NCBI GenBank assembly: GCA_038252165.1
Contig: JBBSAP010000006.1
Location: forward strand, 4,675 to 68,674
Origin: Bacteroidales bacterium
GTDB taxonomy: Bacteria > Bacteroidota > Bacteroidia > Bacteroidales > VadinHA17
DNA: 64,000 nucleotides
Direction of reading: 5' to 3'
Below are positions 53,520 through 63,104 of the stretch, piece by piece. Both the position numbers and the translations under genes were made by a program. Each line of letters starts with the position of its first letter. Position 1 is the first letter of the stretch. Below the pieces are notes generated by a model. It searched no databases and was not told where the DNA came from. It saw nothing but the letters and a program-made list of their open reading frames with translations.

Positions 53520-54887
53520 TTAATACCCAAACTCTTTTTCCACTTCAGTAATTGCATTTTCAATAATATCCATTCCCATAGCGGCATATTTCTCGTCCAT
53601 AATAAGAGGTGGTGACATTCTTAGAATATGGCCGGCAGGAATCCATGCAAGACCATTTCGGAATGCCTTCTGATATACAAGCTTTCCTGCTTCATCAAAA
53701 GGTTCTTTGGTAACTTTGTCTTTAACAAGTTCAATGCCAAGCAGAAAACCTTTTCCTTTTACATTACCGATTATTGGATGCTGATCTTTCATCTGGACCA
53801 TCCGTTTCATAAAAAAATCGCCAATAGTCCGTACATTCTGCAGAATATCTTCCTCTTCAATTACTTCGATTGAAGCCAGAGCGGCAGCACAGGCCATCGG
53901 ATTTCCACCATAGCTAGATGAGGCAGATATTTTTTCGAGAGCCTCTCCGTTCTCTTCGCTTACAACCATTGCAGTTACCGGGAATCCATTACCAAATGAT
54001 TTACCAAAGGTTACTATATCTGGAATTACTCCCCAGTGGTTTAAGGTAAGCCACTCGCCGGTACGTCCCATTCCGGCAAGTACCTCATCATCAATTAAAA
54101 GGATTTTATATTTGTCGCAGAGTTTTTTCAGTTTCGGGAAGAAATCATCAGGAGGGAAAATGCTTCCGGCCCATCCCTGTGCAGGTTCGAGGACGAATGC
54201 CGCAACATTACCAACGGTAGCTTCTTTAATAAAATTTTCATAAAATCTTATATAAGCATCTGTATCGATAGTCCCATCCGTTTTCGTCCATAGGGGGCGA
54301 TAAGGATCGGGGCGCGGAACCATATAAAATCCTGCAGCTCTTGTTGGTCCGTAACTATATGTTTCTCCGCGGTACATCTGTGCGCAACTAACAGAGCCAA
54401 GCGACTTACCATGAAAATCCCTGTATGCAGAAATAAACTCGTGTTTATTAGTAATTGCCCTGGCTGCTCGTAATGCTGCTTCTACCGCCGATGTTCCATC
54501 AGAATATAGTTGGATAGCATTTAATTTTCCGGGAAGCACTTCAGCCATTTTTTCCATGAGTTTCTCTTTTACCGGAGTAGTAAAATCATGAGCATTCATA
54601 AGTTTTTTTGCCCAATAGGCAATTGCCTCTGATATCTTCGGATGGCAATGGCCAAGTGAGGTGACATAAATCCCTGAAGAAAAATCGAGGTACTTGTTCC
54701 CGTCAACATCAGTTAACCTGATTCCTGACCCTTCCTCAAAACAGACAGGAAATAGTTTAACCTGGCTGCTCAGTCCTTTCATGTACCTTGCTGTATTTTT
54801 ATGCATTTCCCGGGATTTTGGTCCGGGAGTTTCTGTTATTAGTTTCGGAATACCAATTGCACTTTCTCTCCACCAATCTTTTGACAT
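53520..54887 (-). CDS. Class III PLP-dependent aminotransferase (GabT-like)
   Basis: DVDGNKYLDF, FHG, EP, DEVLAGMGRTG, TFGK PLP lysine, SYGGNP. Confidence 0.93.
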   Translation of the reverse strand: MSKDWWRESAIGIPKLITETPGPKSREMHKNTARYMKGLSSQVKLFPVCFEEGSGIRLTDVDGNKYLDFSSGIYVTSLGHCHPKISEAIAYWAKKLMNAHDFTTPVKEKLMEKMAEVLPGKLNAIQLYSDGTSAVEAALRAARAITNKHEFISAYRDFHGKSLGSVSCAQMYRGETYSYGPTRAAGFYMVPRPDPYRPLWTKTDGTIDTDAYIRFYENFIKEATVGNVAAFVLEPAQGWAGSIFPPDDFFPKLKKLCDKYKILLIDDEVLAGMGRTGEWLTLNHWGVIPDIVTFGKSFGNGFPVTAMVVSEENGEALEKISASSSYGGNPMACAAALASIEVIEEEDILQNVRTIGDFFMKRMVQMKDQHPIIGNVKGKGFLLGIELVKDKVTKEPFDEAGKLVYQKAFRNGLAWIPAGHILRMSPPLIMDEKYAAMGMDIIENAITEVEKEFGY

Positions 54888-54950
54888 TTCTTTTGTTTTA
54901 ATAGGTTAATATTATCTTGAATTATTAGTATGATCGAAAAATACACATAA

Positions 54951-55066
54951 AGTCATAAACAAACATAACGTATTAAATATTATTTTGCAAGCATATTTTA
55001 TTTTCTCTTTATATTTATTAGTTTTGTGATATATGAAAAAGATCATAAGCGATCATTGTAATTGTT
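54951..55066. promoter_or_regulatory. Candidate DeoR operators in the aminotransferase/kinase divergent promoter
   Basis: 10-bp-period pairs agtcataaac-aaacataacg (54951) and gatcataagc-gatcattgta-attgtt (55041). Confidence 0.6.
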
Positions 55067-55083
55067 AATATTTTGAAAGAAAC

Positions 55084-56613
55084 ATGAATCTGAAAAGAGC
55101 CGGAATTTCCTATCTGATCGGAATTGACGTAGGAACGACTTCAATAAAAGGAGTTCTTCTAACGAATAACGGAGTCTTTGTCACTTCTGTCGGACAGGAA
55201 TATGCTCTCGATTACGGGCCGGATGAAACGTGTGAACTTGATCCGGAAGTTTACTGGAAAATTACCTGCATGGTTGTACGTGACATGATTCTGAAATCCG
55301 GAATTGATCCTGCTTCTGTTACGGGACTTGCATGTTCCAGCCAGGGAGAAACAGTAATTGTTGTTGATCATGAATGCAAACCATTGCGAAAAGCGATTAT
55401 CTGGCTCGATAACCGTTCGGGAATCGAGGCCAAACGTATTGAAGAAAAATTCGGCAATCAGAAAATCCTTGACGTTACAGGTCAGCCTGAAGTTCTTGCC
55501 ATATGGCCTGCGACACGTATTCTCTGGCTAAGGGAAAACGAACCTCATATCTTTAATAAGGTTGGTAAGTTTTTATTGGTCGAAGATTATCTTTTATTCC
55601 GCATGACTGGTAAATATAGTTCTGAACATTCACTTGTATCATCAACCCTATATTTTGATATTACCCGAAAAATCTGGTGGCAGGAAATGCTTGATTTCCT
55701 TAACATCTCTGAAAAGCATTTACCGCAGCTTTATGAATCAGGTATGCCTGTTGGAAATCTGACAGAGGAAGCTTCTTTGCTTATGGGGTTGACTTCTGAT
55801 ACTAAAGTTGTGACAGGTGCATATGATCATCCTTCAGGGGCAATTGGTGCAGGCAACATTGCACCGGGAATGATTACCCTGACGATAGGGGCCTCAATGG
55901 CAATGTGCGTTACACTTGATAAACCTGTTAATGATATGACACTGAAGTTACCGTGTCAGTGCCATGTTGTTGACGGCTTATATTTTCTTTTACCTTATGC
56001 TCAAACCGCTGGTCTGGTGTTGAAATGGTTTAAAGATGAATTTTGTAGGGGAGAAATTGAATGTGCCTGGAAATTGAATTCCGACCCTTACAATATTCTG
56101 ATTGCCATGGCAGAACAAATATCCCCGGGAGCAGATGGATTAATAATGTTACCTCATTTAATGGGAACAGGTTCGCCGGAATTTAATAATAAAGTTAAGG
56201 GAGTTTTTGCCGGAGTGACTCCCGGAATGACAAAAGGACATTTCATCCGGTCAATTCTTGAGGCAGTTATTTGTTGTATTGAGCTGAACCTGGAGACGAT
56301 GAAGCAAAAAGGTGTTAAAATAAGTGAGATTCATTCACTCGGTGGGGGAGCTAAAAGCCATCTTTGGAATCAAATACTGGCTGACATGACAGGGATCCCG
56401 GTAGTTACAATGTCTCAAACAGAGAATGCAGCATTAGGCGCAGCAATTCTTGCCGGTGTAGGAACAGGTATATTCAGTAGTATTGAAAATGGCTGCAAAA
56501 TATGTATAAAGGACGATCTTAGGTTTGAACCGGACAAGGTAAATTATGAAATGTACAGGAAAACATACCTGAAATACTTATTGCTTTATAAATGTATGGA
56601 GAATTATTGGTGA
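55084..56613 (+). CDS. FGGY-family carbohydrate kinase (xylulokinase-like)
   Basis: GIDVGTTSIKG, SQGE, IIWLDNR, GAYDH, GGGAKS, ALGAA. Confidence 0.92.
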   Translation: MNLKRAGISYLIGIDVGTTSIKGVLLTNNGVFVTSVGQEYALDYGPDETCELDPEVYWKITCMVVRDMILKSGIDPASVTGLACSSQGETVIVVDHECKPLRKAIIWLDNRSGIEAKRIEEKFGNQKILDVTGQPEVLAIWPATRILWLRENEPHIFNKVGKFLLVEDYLLFRMTGKYSSEHSLVSSTLYFDITRKIWWQEMLDFLNISEKHLPQLYESGMPVGNLTEEASLLMGLTSDTKVVTGAYDHPSGAIGAGNIAPGMITLTIGASMAMCVTLDKPVNDMTLKLPCQCHVVDGLYFLLPYAQTAGLVLKWFKDEFCRGEIECAWKLNSDPYNILIAMAEQISPGADGLIMLPHLMGTGSPEFNNKVKGVFAGVTPGMTKGHFIRSILEAVICCIELNLETMKQKGVKISEIHSLGGGAKSHLWNQILADMTGIPVVTMSQTENAALGAAILAGVGTGIFSSIENGCKICIKDDLRFEPDKVNYEMYRKTYLKYLLLYKCMENYW

Positions 56614-56636
56614 TTGTGATGCATTGTTCTGACTAA

Positions 56637-56820
56637 CTATATATCAAAACCCGGGATAGACATACATTCGCCTCCTTTAAGTGCCGATTTATGTGCTACA
56701 ATACCTGGAGCAGTATAAGCAATTGCTTCATAAATATCAATAAAGGGTTTGCGGTTATTCACCAAAGCATCAATGAATTCATGTGTTAGAAAGGTATGTG
56801 ATCCTCCATGTCCGCTCAAC
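56637..56820 (-). pseudogene. C-terminal remnant of a second Gfo/Idh/MocA oxidoreductase
   Basis: GHGGSHTFLTHEFIDAL...PFIDIYEAIAYTAPGIVAHKSALKGGE; no Rossmann N-terminus upstream. Confidence 0.7.
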
Positions 56821-57067
56821 TTCGGTGACATGTTTTGCAAGGTCCTCTTTGGTGAAAAACGAACCCTTTCTTTTATACCATGCATCCAAATAGCTGTAAT
56901 ACTTTAACAGACAGATCAAGCACTGGCGGAAGCTAAATGGCCTCAGCCAAAATGGTTGAAACTGCTGCATCGGCAGCAGTACCTCCCATTTTAAGCATGT
57001 CAATAACTGTCTGAACCGGGACTCTCTCGCTGGCTGTAATGCATCCTATTTCCAGGGCAGGATTTAA
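56815..57067 (-). pseudogene. Two fragments of a gamma-glutamyltransferase (Ntn hydrolase) gene
   Basis: DMLKMGGTAADAAVSTILA (GGT N-terminal GGnAxDAA motif), then in another frame LDAWYKRKGSFFTKEDLAKHVTEVE (GGT mid-region). Confidence 0.6.
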
Positions 57068-57191
57068 TCACAGTTAAGCTTATTTTTCAACCCTGAACTT
57101 GTTAAGGATTGACGTAATGAGGAATCTCATTGAGTTTAAATAATTGTAAAATAAATTGTTTATTCCTGATTCCCGATAGTCATATTAATTA

Positions 57192-57956
57192 TTATGTGGC
57201 TGTTACTAAATTAATATTATTGTTTCTGTATAGTTCAATGGTTTTTGGATCCACCTTCTGGTCTGTTATAAGATAACTTATCATAGACAATGAGGAGTAA
57301 GTATAATAGGAATCCTTTTCAATCTTTGAAGAATCACACAGAAGAAAAACTTTTTGTGCTGCTTCAGCCATTTTAACAGTTATTGAAGCACTCTTTTCAT
57401 CTCCGCTGCTTAAGCCGTGTGCCAGCGAAATTCCACCTCCACCTATGAATGCCTTGTCTGCCTTAAATCGGGCAATAAGACTGTCAGTCATCTGTCCATA
57501 CAGTGCTCTCCGTGTATTATCTAGCACTCCCCCAATAAGATATACTGTAATATTCGAAAAAGGAAGCAATTCTGAGACAACAGGTAGTGAATTTGTTATT
57601 ACCCGGAGGTTCCTGAATTTTGTAATGAAACGAGCCAGGAATACTACAGTGGTCCCGCAATCCATATATATTGTATCATTATCCTCAATAAAACCGGAGG
57701 CGAACCGGCATATCTCAATTTTCTCTTCCCTGTTTTTAACAGAATTGTTGTCAAAACTAAACATTCCGCTGGTTATCTCAGATTTTATTGCACCGCCATG
57801 AGTCCTTATGAGCAGACCATGGCTCTCGAGAGTTCCAAGATCGCGTCGTGCTGTTATTTCAGAGATGGCGCATTTAGTAACGATTTCCTGAATATTTATA
57901 GTGTCAAATTTATCAAGATGACTTAGTATGAACTTTTTTCTTAATTCCTGATTCAT
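57192..57956 (-). CDS. DeoR/GlpR-family transcriptional regulator
   Basis: SEITARRDL HTH, RTHGGA, DCGTT, ITNSL, DSSK. Confidence 0.95.
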   Translation of the reverse strand: MNQELRKKFILSHLDKFDTINIQEIVTKCAISEITARRDLGTLESHGLLIRTHGGAIKSEITSGMFSFDNNSVKNREEKIEICRFASGFIEDNDTIYMDCGTTVVFLARFITKFRNLRVITNSLPVVSELLPFSNITVYLIGGVLDNTRRALYGQMTDSLIARFKADKAFIGGGGISLAHGLSSGDEKSASITVKMAEAAQKVFLLCDSSKIEKDSYYTYSSLSMISYLITDQKVDPKTIELYRNNNINLVTAT

Positions 57957-57996
57957 AGATTATATTTCTGGTAATACATATTCTGATCAAGTTGTA

Positions 57997-58137
57997 CAAA
58001 AGTAATCAAATATAAACATAAAAAATTATTTATTTGTAAAGAAGATGATTTCTTATTTGCAGATTATTCAAATATTTAATATATTTACAACGTTATTAAA
58101 ATAATTAGAAATAATCATAAACGATCATTTAATTGTT
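57997..58137. promoter_or_regulatory. deoR -7 promoter plus candidate DeoR operators in the deoR/aldolase divergent region
   Basis: Minus-strand TACTTTTG at 57997-58004; aatcaaatat-aaacataaaa (58004); aatcataaac-gatcatttaa-ttgtt (58113), near-identical to 55041. Confidence 0.6.
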
Positions 58138-58146
58138 GAAAATAGT

Positions 58147-58959
58147 ATGAACGGGAAAGATTTAAGATTAGAAAAGCTTTTTAGTAAGGGTGAAAATGCT
58201 GTAATAATTGCAATTGATCATGGAATGTTTGACGGACCCATCCCAGGAATGATTGATTTAAGAAAGACAGCTAAGAAAATAAATCCATGTGTTGATGGGG
58301 TTCTGGTCAGTCCGGGGATGTTGAGACATCTTCGTCATGCTTTCAATTATAAGGGTGCACCTATGCCGATCGTAAGACTAAACTGGAGTTCGGTTTATTG
58401 CTTTCACTGGAATTACAATAATGCATATACTGTTTTGGCACAGACTGTTGAAGAAGCAGTTGCTAATGGAGCCGAGTGTGTTCTGGTTTCCCTTACACTG
58501 CAAACCGGTGATGAGAAAAATGATACCAGGAATGTTGAAGTATATAGCAGGCTTGTGAATAGTGCAGCAAAAATGGGGATCCCGGTAGTTGGAGAATACT
58601 TCCCTGTAAATTCAGGAACAATATCAAAAGAGGAGATGCACGAACAGGTTTTTACTTCTTGCAGGATTTTAAGTGAGTTGGGCTGTGACATGATCAAAAC
58701 GTTTTACACTCATGATTTTAAAAAAATAACAGAGGGTTGTCCTGTTCCGGTTTTTGGACTTGGAGCTGAAAAGACACCTCTTCAGATTCAAGCTCTCCAG
58801 CTTGCAGCAGATGAAATTTCAGATGGAGCAAGGGGAGTTGTATTTGGAAGGAATGCAATACAGGTGAAGGATCCGTTTACTTTTCAGGCGGCACTTTGTG
58901 AAGTTGTTAAAAATAATCTCTCACCATTGGAGGCACTGGAAAAATATAAACTTGAGTAA
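58147..58959 (+). CDS. DhnA/LsrF-type class I aldolase
   Basis: IAIDHG, ELGCDMIKTFY Schiff-base Lys, GARGVVFGRN. Confidence 0.88.
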   Translation: MNGKDLRLEKLFSKGENAVIIAIDHGMFDGPIPGMIDLRKTAKKINPCVDGVLVSPGMLRHLRHAFNYKGAPMPIVRLNWSSVYCFHWNYNNAYTVLAQTVEEAVANGAECVLVSLTLQTGDEKNDTRNVEVYSRLVNSAAKMGIPVVGEYFPVNSGTISKEEMHEQVFTSCRILSELGCDMIKTFYTHDFKKITEGCPVPVFGLGAEKTPLQIQALQLAADEISDGARGVVFGRNAIQVKDPFTFQAALCEVVKNNLSPLEALEKYKLE

Positions 58960-59185
58960 GTCCAATTATAAGATATATGCAATATTTAAGTAATATGAAA
59001 TTACCTTATTGATTATAATAAACTAAAAAAGTAAAATAGTGCTTATATGGGCCGGAAATTAAAGTACGCTATTTACAATAGAATTATCAATACAATAGAT
59101 GAGAATTGACTTGGCTTGCAGAAGGAATACCGAATCCATTATATTGAAAATAAATTTGGTTAGTTGATCAGGTTAGGTGAAAAGT

Positions 59186-59213
59186 GAAGTTCCTTATGGA
59201 ACTTCCGCCTTTC
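59186..59213 (+). terminator. Probable intrinsic terminator downstream of the aldolase
   Basis: GAAGTTCC-TTAT-GGAACTTC 8-bp stem followed by a T-rich tract. Confidence 0.5.
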
Positions 59214-59276
59214 TATTTAAAATTATTCCTCCATTATTATTAAATTTTAAGCATTGACTTGTAGGTAAATCTATTC

Positions 59277-60278
59277 ATGCAAAATGGAATGAAAAGGTTA
59301 AAGAATGATTATTGTAGTGTAATTCTGGTCTGGTTATCTTACTTTTTCCTTTCAGCAACAACTGTACATCCAGTTCTTGCACAGGATGTTATGAATTCAA
59401 ATTGGAATATTGATTTCACTCTTGTAAAGATTAAGTCTACTGTTGATGGTGAACTACAAAACGCCTGGTTCTATAAAACAAGATCAGCAAAACCACAACC
59501 ACTTATTGTAAACCTGCATTCATGGACTTATGATTACAGACAATTTGATTCCCTTCCGATTCTTGCAAAACAGAAAGATGTAAATTTTATTCATCCCGAT
59601 TTCCGGGGGCCAAACAAATCCTTCAATGCTTGTTGCAGCAATCTTGTATTATCTGATATTGATGCTGCAATAGACTTCGCAATCAAAAATGCGAATGTTG
59701 ACACATCAGAAATTTATGTGATTGGACAAAGTGGAGGTGGTTATGCAACATTGGCTGTATTTATGAAATCAAAGCACAGAATAAAAAAGTTCTCTGCCTG
59801 GGTACCTATTTCCGACCTGTTGCAATGGTACGATGAAACGAGGATAAGAAAACTGTATTATGCCGATGATATCCTTAAATGTACAGGATCGGAAGGGAAA
59901 ATCCTGAACATACAGGAGGCAATTCTGAGATCACCGTTTTATTGGAAAACTCCCGTTGAAAAACTTAAAAAATGCAGACTGGAAATCTTTACCGGAATAT
60001 ACGATGGACTGGAGAATAATGGCCCGATACCCATCACTCAATCTATTAATTTCTACAATAAATTATTAAAGGATTTGAATGTTAGAAATCATTCAAAATT
60101 TGTAACTGATTCAGAAATCCTAAAGCTCCTTGAATTCAGAAAACCACTGGGTGATTATGGCAAAATAGGAGGCAGAGATGTCTGCCTGATTAAAGAAACA
60201 AATAGTATTAAATTGACAGTTTTTACCGGTATGCACGAAATGCTTGTCAAATATGCATTTGAAGATCTTTTTAAATAG
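59277..60278 (+). CDS. Secreted alpha/beta hydrolase (esterase/S9-like)
   Basis: PLIVNLHSW, PDFRG, GQSGGG nucleophile elbow, GMHE. Confidence 0.85.
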   Translation: MQNGMKRLKNDYCSVILVWLSYFFLSATTVHPVLAQDVMNSNWNIDFTLVKIKSTVDGELQNAWFYKTRSAKPQPLIVNLHSWTYDYRQFDSLPILAKQKDVNFIHPDFRGPNKSFNACCSNLVLSDIDAAIDFAIKNANVDTSEIYVIGQSGGGYATLAVFMKSKHRIKKFSAWVPISDLLQWYDETRIRKLYYADDILKCTGSEGKILNIQEAILRSPFYWKTPVEKLKKCRLEIFTGIYDGLENNGPIPITQSINFYNKLLKDLNVRNHSKFVTDSEILKLLEFRKPLGDYGKIGGRDVCLIKETNSIKLTVFTGMHEMLVKYAFEDLFK

Positions 60279-60282
60279 AAAT

Positions 60283-61602
60283 ATGAGAAAGTTATTATTA
60301 GAAGTTGTTTTCCTGTCTGTTGCATATCTCCTTCCTGCTCAGAACCCGATTGTTCCTCCGGGGGTTTATATTGCTGACCCTTCTGCTCATCAATGGAAGG
60401 ACGGGAAAATGTATGTTTATGGATCTAGAGATGAAAGCCCTAATTATTACTGCTCATTCAGTCATGACGTCCTTTCTTCTTCAGATTTGAAAACCTGGGT
60501 CAGAACTGAATACAGTTTTGCAAGTAAAGGGACAAACGATCAGGTTTCATATAGCGATAATGCTCTCTATGCTCCCGATTGCCAGTATGCCAACGGAATG
60601 TATTATTTCTATTATTGCCTTGCCAGCAACCGTAACACAGAAGGTGTTGCAACCAGTAAATCACCAACGGGCCCCTTTATGAAAGGTACAAACATTAAAG
60701 TCTTTAATTACAACGAAATCGATCCATGTGTCTTTATTGATGATGACGGTCAGGCCTATTATATATGGGGACAATTCACCGCCAAGATGGCAAAAATGAA
60801 TCCAAATATGATTGATATTGACTCTTCAACAATAAAAGACAATATAGTCACAGAAAAGGATCACTTTTTTCATGAAGGCGGTTACATGGTTAAACGAAAC
60901 GGGATTTACTATTTTGTTTATTCACATATGGGAAGAGCAGGCAGGCCGACATGTATTGGTTATGCAACAAGTAAATCCCCAATGGGTCCATTTAAGTATG
61001 GTGGTGTAATTGTCGATAATGATCATTGCGATCCGGGATGCTGGAATAACCATGGTTCAATAGCTGAGTTCAATGGGAAATGGTATGTGTTCTATCACCG
61101 TTCAACTCATGGGTCCAATACAATGCGGAAAGCTTGTGTTGAACCAATAACCTTTAATCCGGATGGAAGCATTAACGAAGCCGAAATGACAACACAGGGT
61201 GCAAGTGATCCCTTAGATGCAAAGGCTGAACTTGATGCTGCGAGATCATGTTTGTTATATGGTAATGTAAGAGTTAGAGCTTTTAAATCAGATACTGAGG
61301 TTTTGACCAGTATTAGAAATGGAGATGTTGCAGCTTATAAGTATCTTGATTTTGGTACAGGTTCAGATTCAGTAAAATTCAGAGTTTTTAGAGGGGTAAA
61401 AGGTGTTACTATCGATATTGGAATTGATAACTCCTGGGGCCCATCAATCGGAAGGATTAATGTTTCAGGAAACGGAGACGGCAAGTCTTCCGAAACAGTT
61501 TCAACAAAAATCAGGAATACAAAAGGAATTCACTCCATATGGCTAAGGTTCAGAGGCGATGGAGATGATCTTCTTGCAGTAGATTCGTTTGCTTTTAAAT
61601 GA
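60283..61602 (+). CDS. GH43 glycoside hydrolase with CBM6
   Basis: ADPSAH, YAPD, IDPCVFIDDDG, HEG, NNHG; C-terminal YKYLDFG CBM6 pattern. Confidence 0.92.
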   Translation: MRKLLLEVVFLSVAYLLPAQNPIVPPGVYIADPSAHQWKDGKMYVYGSRDESPNYYCSFSHDVLSSSDLKTWVRTEYSFASKGTNDQVSYSDNALYAPDCQYANGMYYFYYCLASNRNTEGVATSKSPTGPFMKGTNIKVFNYNEIDPCVFIDDDGQAYYIWGQFTAKMAKMNPNMIDIDSSTIKDNIVTEKDHFFHEGGYMVKRNGIYYFVYSHMGRAGRPTCIGYATSKSPMGPFKYGGVIVDNDHCDPGCWNNHGSIAEFNGKWYVFYHRSTHGSNTMRKACVEPITFNPDGSINEAEMTTQGASDPLDAKAELDAARSCLLYGNVRVRAFKSDTEVLTSIRNGDVAAYKYLDFGTGSDSVKFRVFRGVKGVTIDIGIDNSWGPSIGRINVSGNGDGKSSETVSTKIRNTKGIHSIWLRFRGDGDDLLAVDSFAFK

Positions 61603-61720
61603 TCTCCAAAGTCAGAAGACAGGGATCCGAAGTTTTAAGAATAATTTTATTTTTCTCTTCAAGCTTCATGTTTGCAACATAGAAAAGACATTTTAATAAA
61701 GATATAACAACCAGGTAAAT

Positions 61721-63079
61721 ATGAAAAGACGAATTTGTAAACTTTCAATTGGCATTCTGCTCACAGTTATTTATACATCACTTTCATTTGCCCAGCAGCT
61801 TGTAATTTATGAACCTCCACGCGGAACTGATGCTGCTCCTGAATACGAACTTGAAGTGAATGGGAAGAAGGTATTTGTTTACACTTCACGTGTTGCAGCT
61901 TTTGCAAGCTTTTCGTTCAGTGGCAAGGTTGATATTAAGGTAACTTATGGCTCAGTAATTTATAATTATGACATAAGGCCGAAAAGCAGGAATATTGTAT
62001 CCTCAACCTACAGGAATCAAATAAATTTCTCTTTGGATAAACCAGCCAATCTGAGTGTTGAGGTGAATAAAAACCTTAAGCGGCCTCTTTTTATCTTTGC
62101 AAATCCCCTTGAGAAAAATATTCCTGATAAAACAAATCCTGATGTGATTTTCTATGAAAAAGGGAAAGTCCATACCCCGGGTATTGTAATGCTAAAAAGC
62201 AATCAGACCGTATACATTGAGGGTGGAGCTATTGTAAAAGGTTCTTTTATGACAGATAAGTGTAAGAATATAAAAATAATCGGAAGGGGTATTATCGACA
62301 ATAGCATGTACAAGTCTCAGCAGGCCCGCCCAATAGAGATCAATGAATGTGAGAATGTTTATCTTGAAGGTTTTATTATTAATGAAAGCCGTCACTGGTC
62401 ATGCGCCTCATTTGCATCAAAAGACGTTGAATACCAGAATATAAAAATTGTTTCTGATAACGATGTTGATGATGGTATTGATATTGTAGGTAGTCAGAAT
62501 GTATCGATCGACAACTGCTTCATCAGAACAAAAGACGATTGCATTGCCATTAAAGCAGGAATAACATATTATACTAAATTTTTCAGCGGTGCCAATGTCG
62601 ATAATATAAGAATTCAGAATTGTGTAATGTGGAATGGTATTTGGGGTAATGGTCTTGAAATTGGTTTTGAAACCAGAGCCGACACAATCAAAAATGTGAC
62701 ATTTAAAAATTGTGATCTTATCCATGTGGAAGGACCGGAAGGGACTTTTACAATACATAACGGAGACAGAGCAGTTGTCAAGAATATTCTATATGAAGAT
62801 ATAAGAGTGGAGGATTCTTATGGCTGGCTTATTGATTTTAAAATATTAAGTTCCAGATACTCCAGAGATAAAACAAGAGGTTATATCCAGAACGTGAGGT
62901 TTAAAAATATCACTGTTGAATGTGACAGGTTTCCATATTCCCAATTGCTTGGATTTGATGAAACGAACAGGATCAAAGGGGTAACCCTCGAAAATTTTGT
63001 AATTAACGGGACTAAAATTACAAGTACCTATAACGGAATGATAACAACAATACATTCTGATGACATAGTTTTTAAATGA
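61721..63079 (+). CDS. Secreted GH28-like beta-helix protein (paralog of 44961-46583)
   Basis: YIEGGAIV, DDGIDIV, TKDDCIAIK, WGNGLEIGFE. Confidence 0.8.
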   Translation: MKRRICKLSIGILLTVIYTSLSFAQQLVIYEPPRGTDAAPEYELEVNGKKVFVYTSRVAAFASFSFSGKVDIKVTYGSVIYNYDIRPKSRNIVSSTYRNQINFSLDKPANLSVEVNKNLKRPLFIFANPLEKNIPDKTNPDVIFYEKGKVHTPGIVMLKSNQTVYIEGGAIVKGSFMTDKCKNIKIIGRGIIDNSMYKSQQARPIEINECENVYLEGFIINESRHWSCASFASKDVEYQNIKIVSDNDVDDGIDIVGSQNVSIDNCFIRTKDDCIAIKAGITYYTKFFSGANVDNIRIQNCVMWNGIWGNGLEIGFETRADTIKNVTFKNCDLIHVEGPEGTFTIHNGDRAVVKNILYEDIRVEDSYGWLIDFKILSSRYSRDKTRGYIQNVRFKNITVECDRFPYSQLLGFDETNRIKGVTLENFVINGTKITSTYNGMITTIHSDDIVFK

Positions 63080-63104
63080 ATCATTCATCATTAATATAAT
63101 CATT

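Noticed and set aside
47871-56613. Standard L-fucose or xylose pathway
   Set aside because: Isomerase is shorter and divergent from FucI, there is no class II FucA or XylA, and the aminotransferase is unexplained
55084-58959. AI-2 (lsr) uptake system because of an FGGY kinase plus LsrF-like protein
   Set aside because: No lsrABCD/lsrG, the regulator is DeoR/GlpR rather than SorC-type LsrR, and the context is glycan catabolism; thiolase-type chemistry for the aldolase is not excluded
58960-59165. Possible gene remnant between the aldolase and the terminator (MGRKLKYAIY...)
   Set aside because: Short, interrupted by stops, and no family recognised
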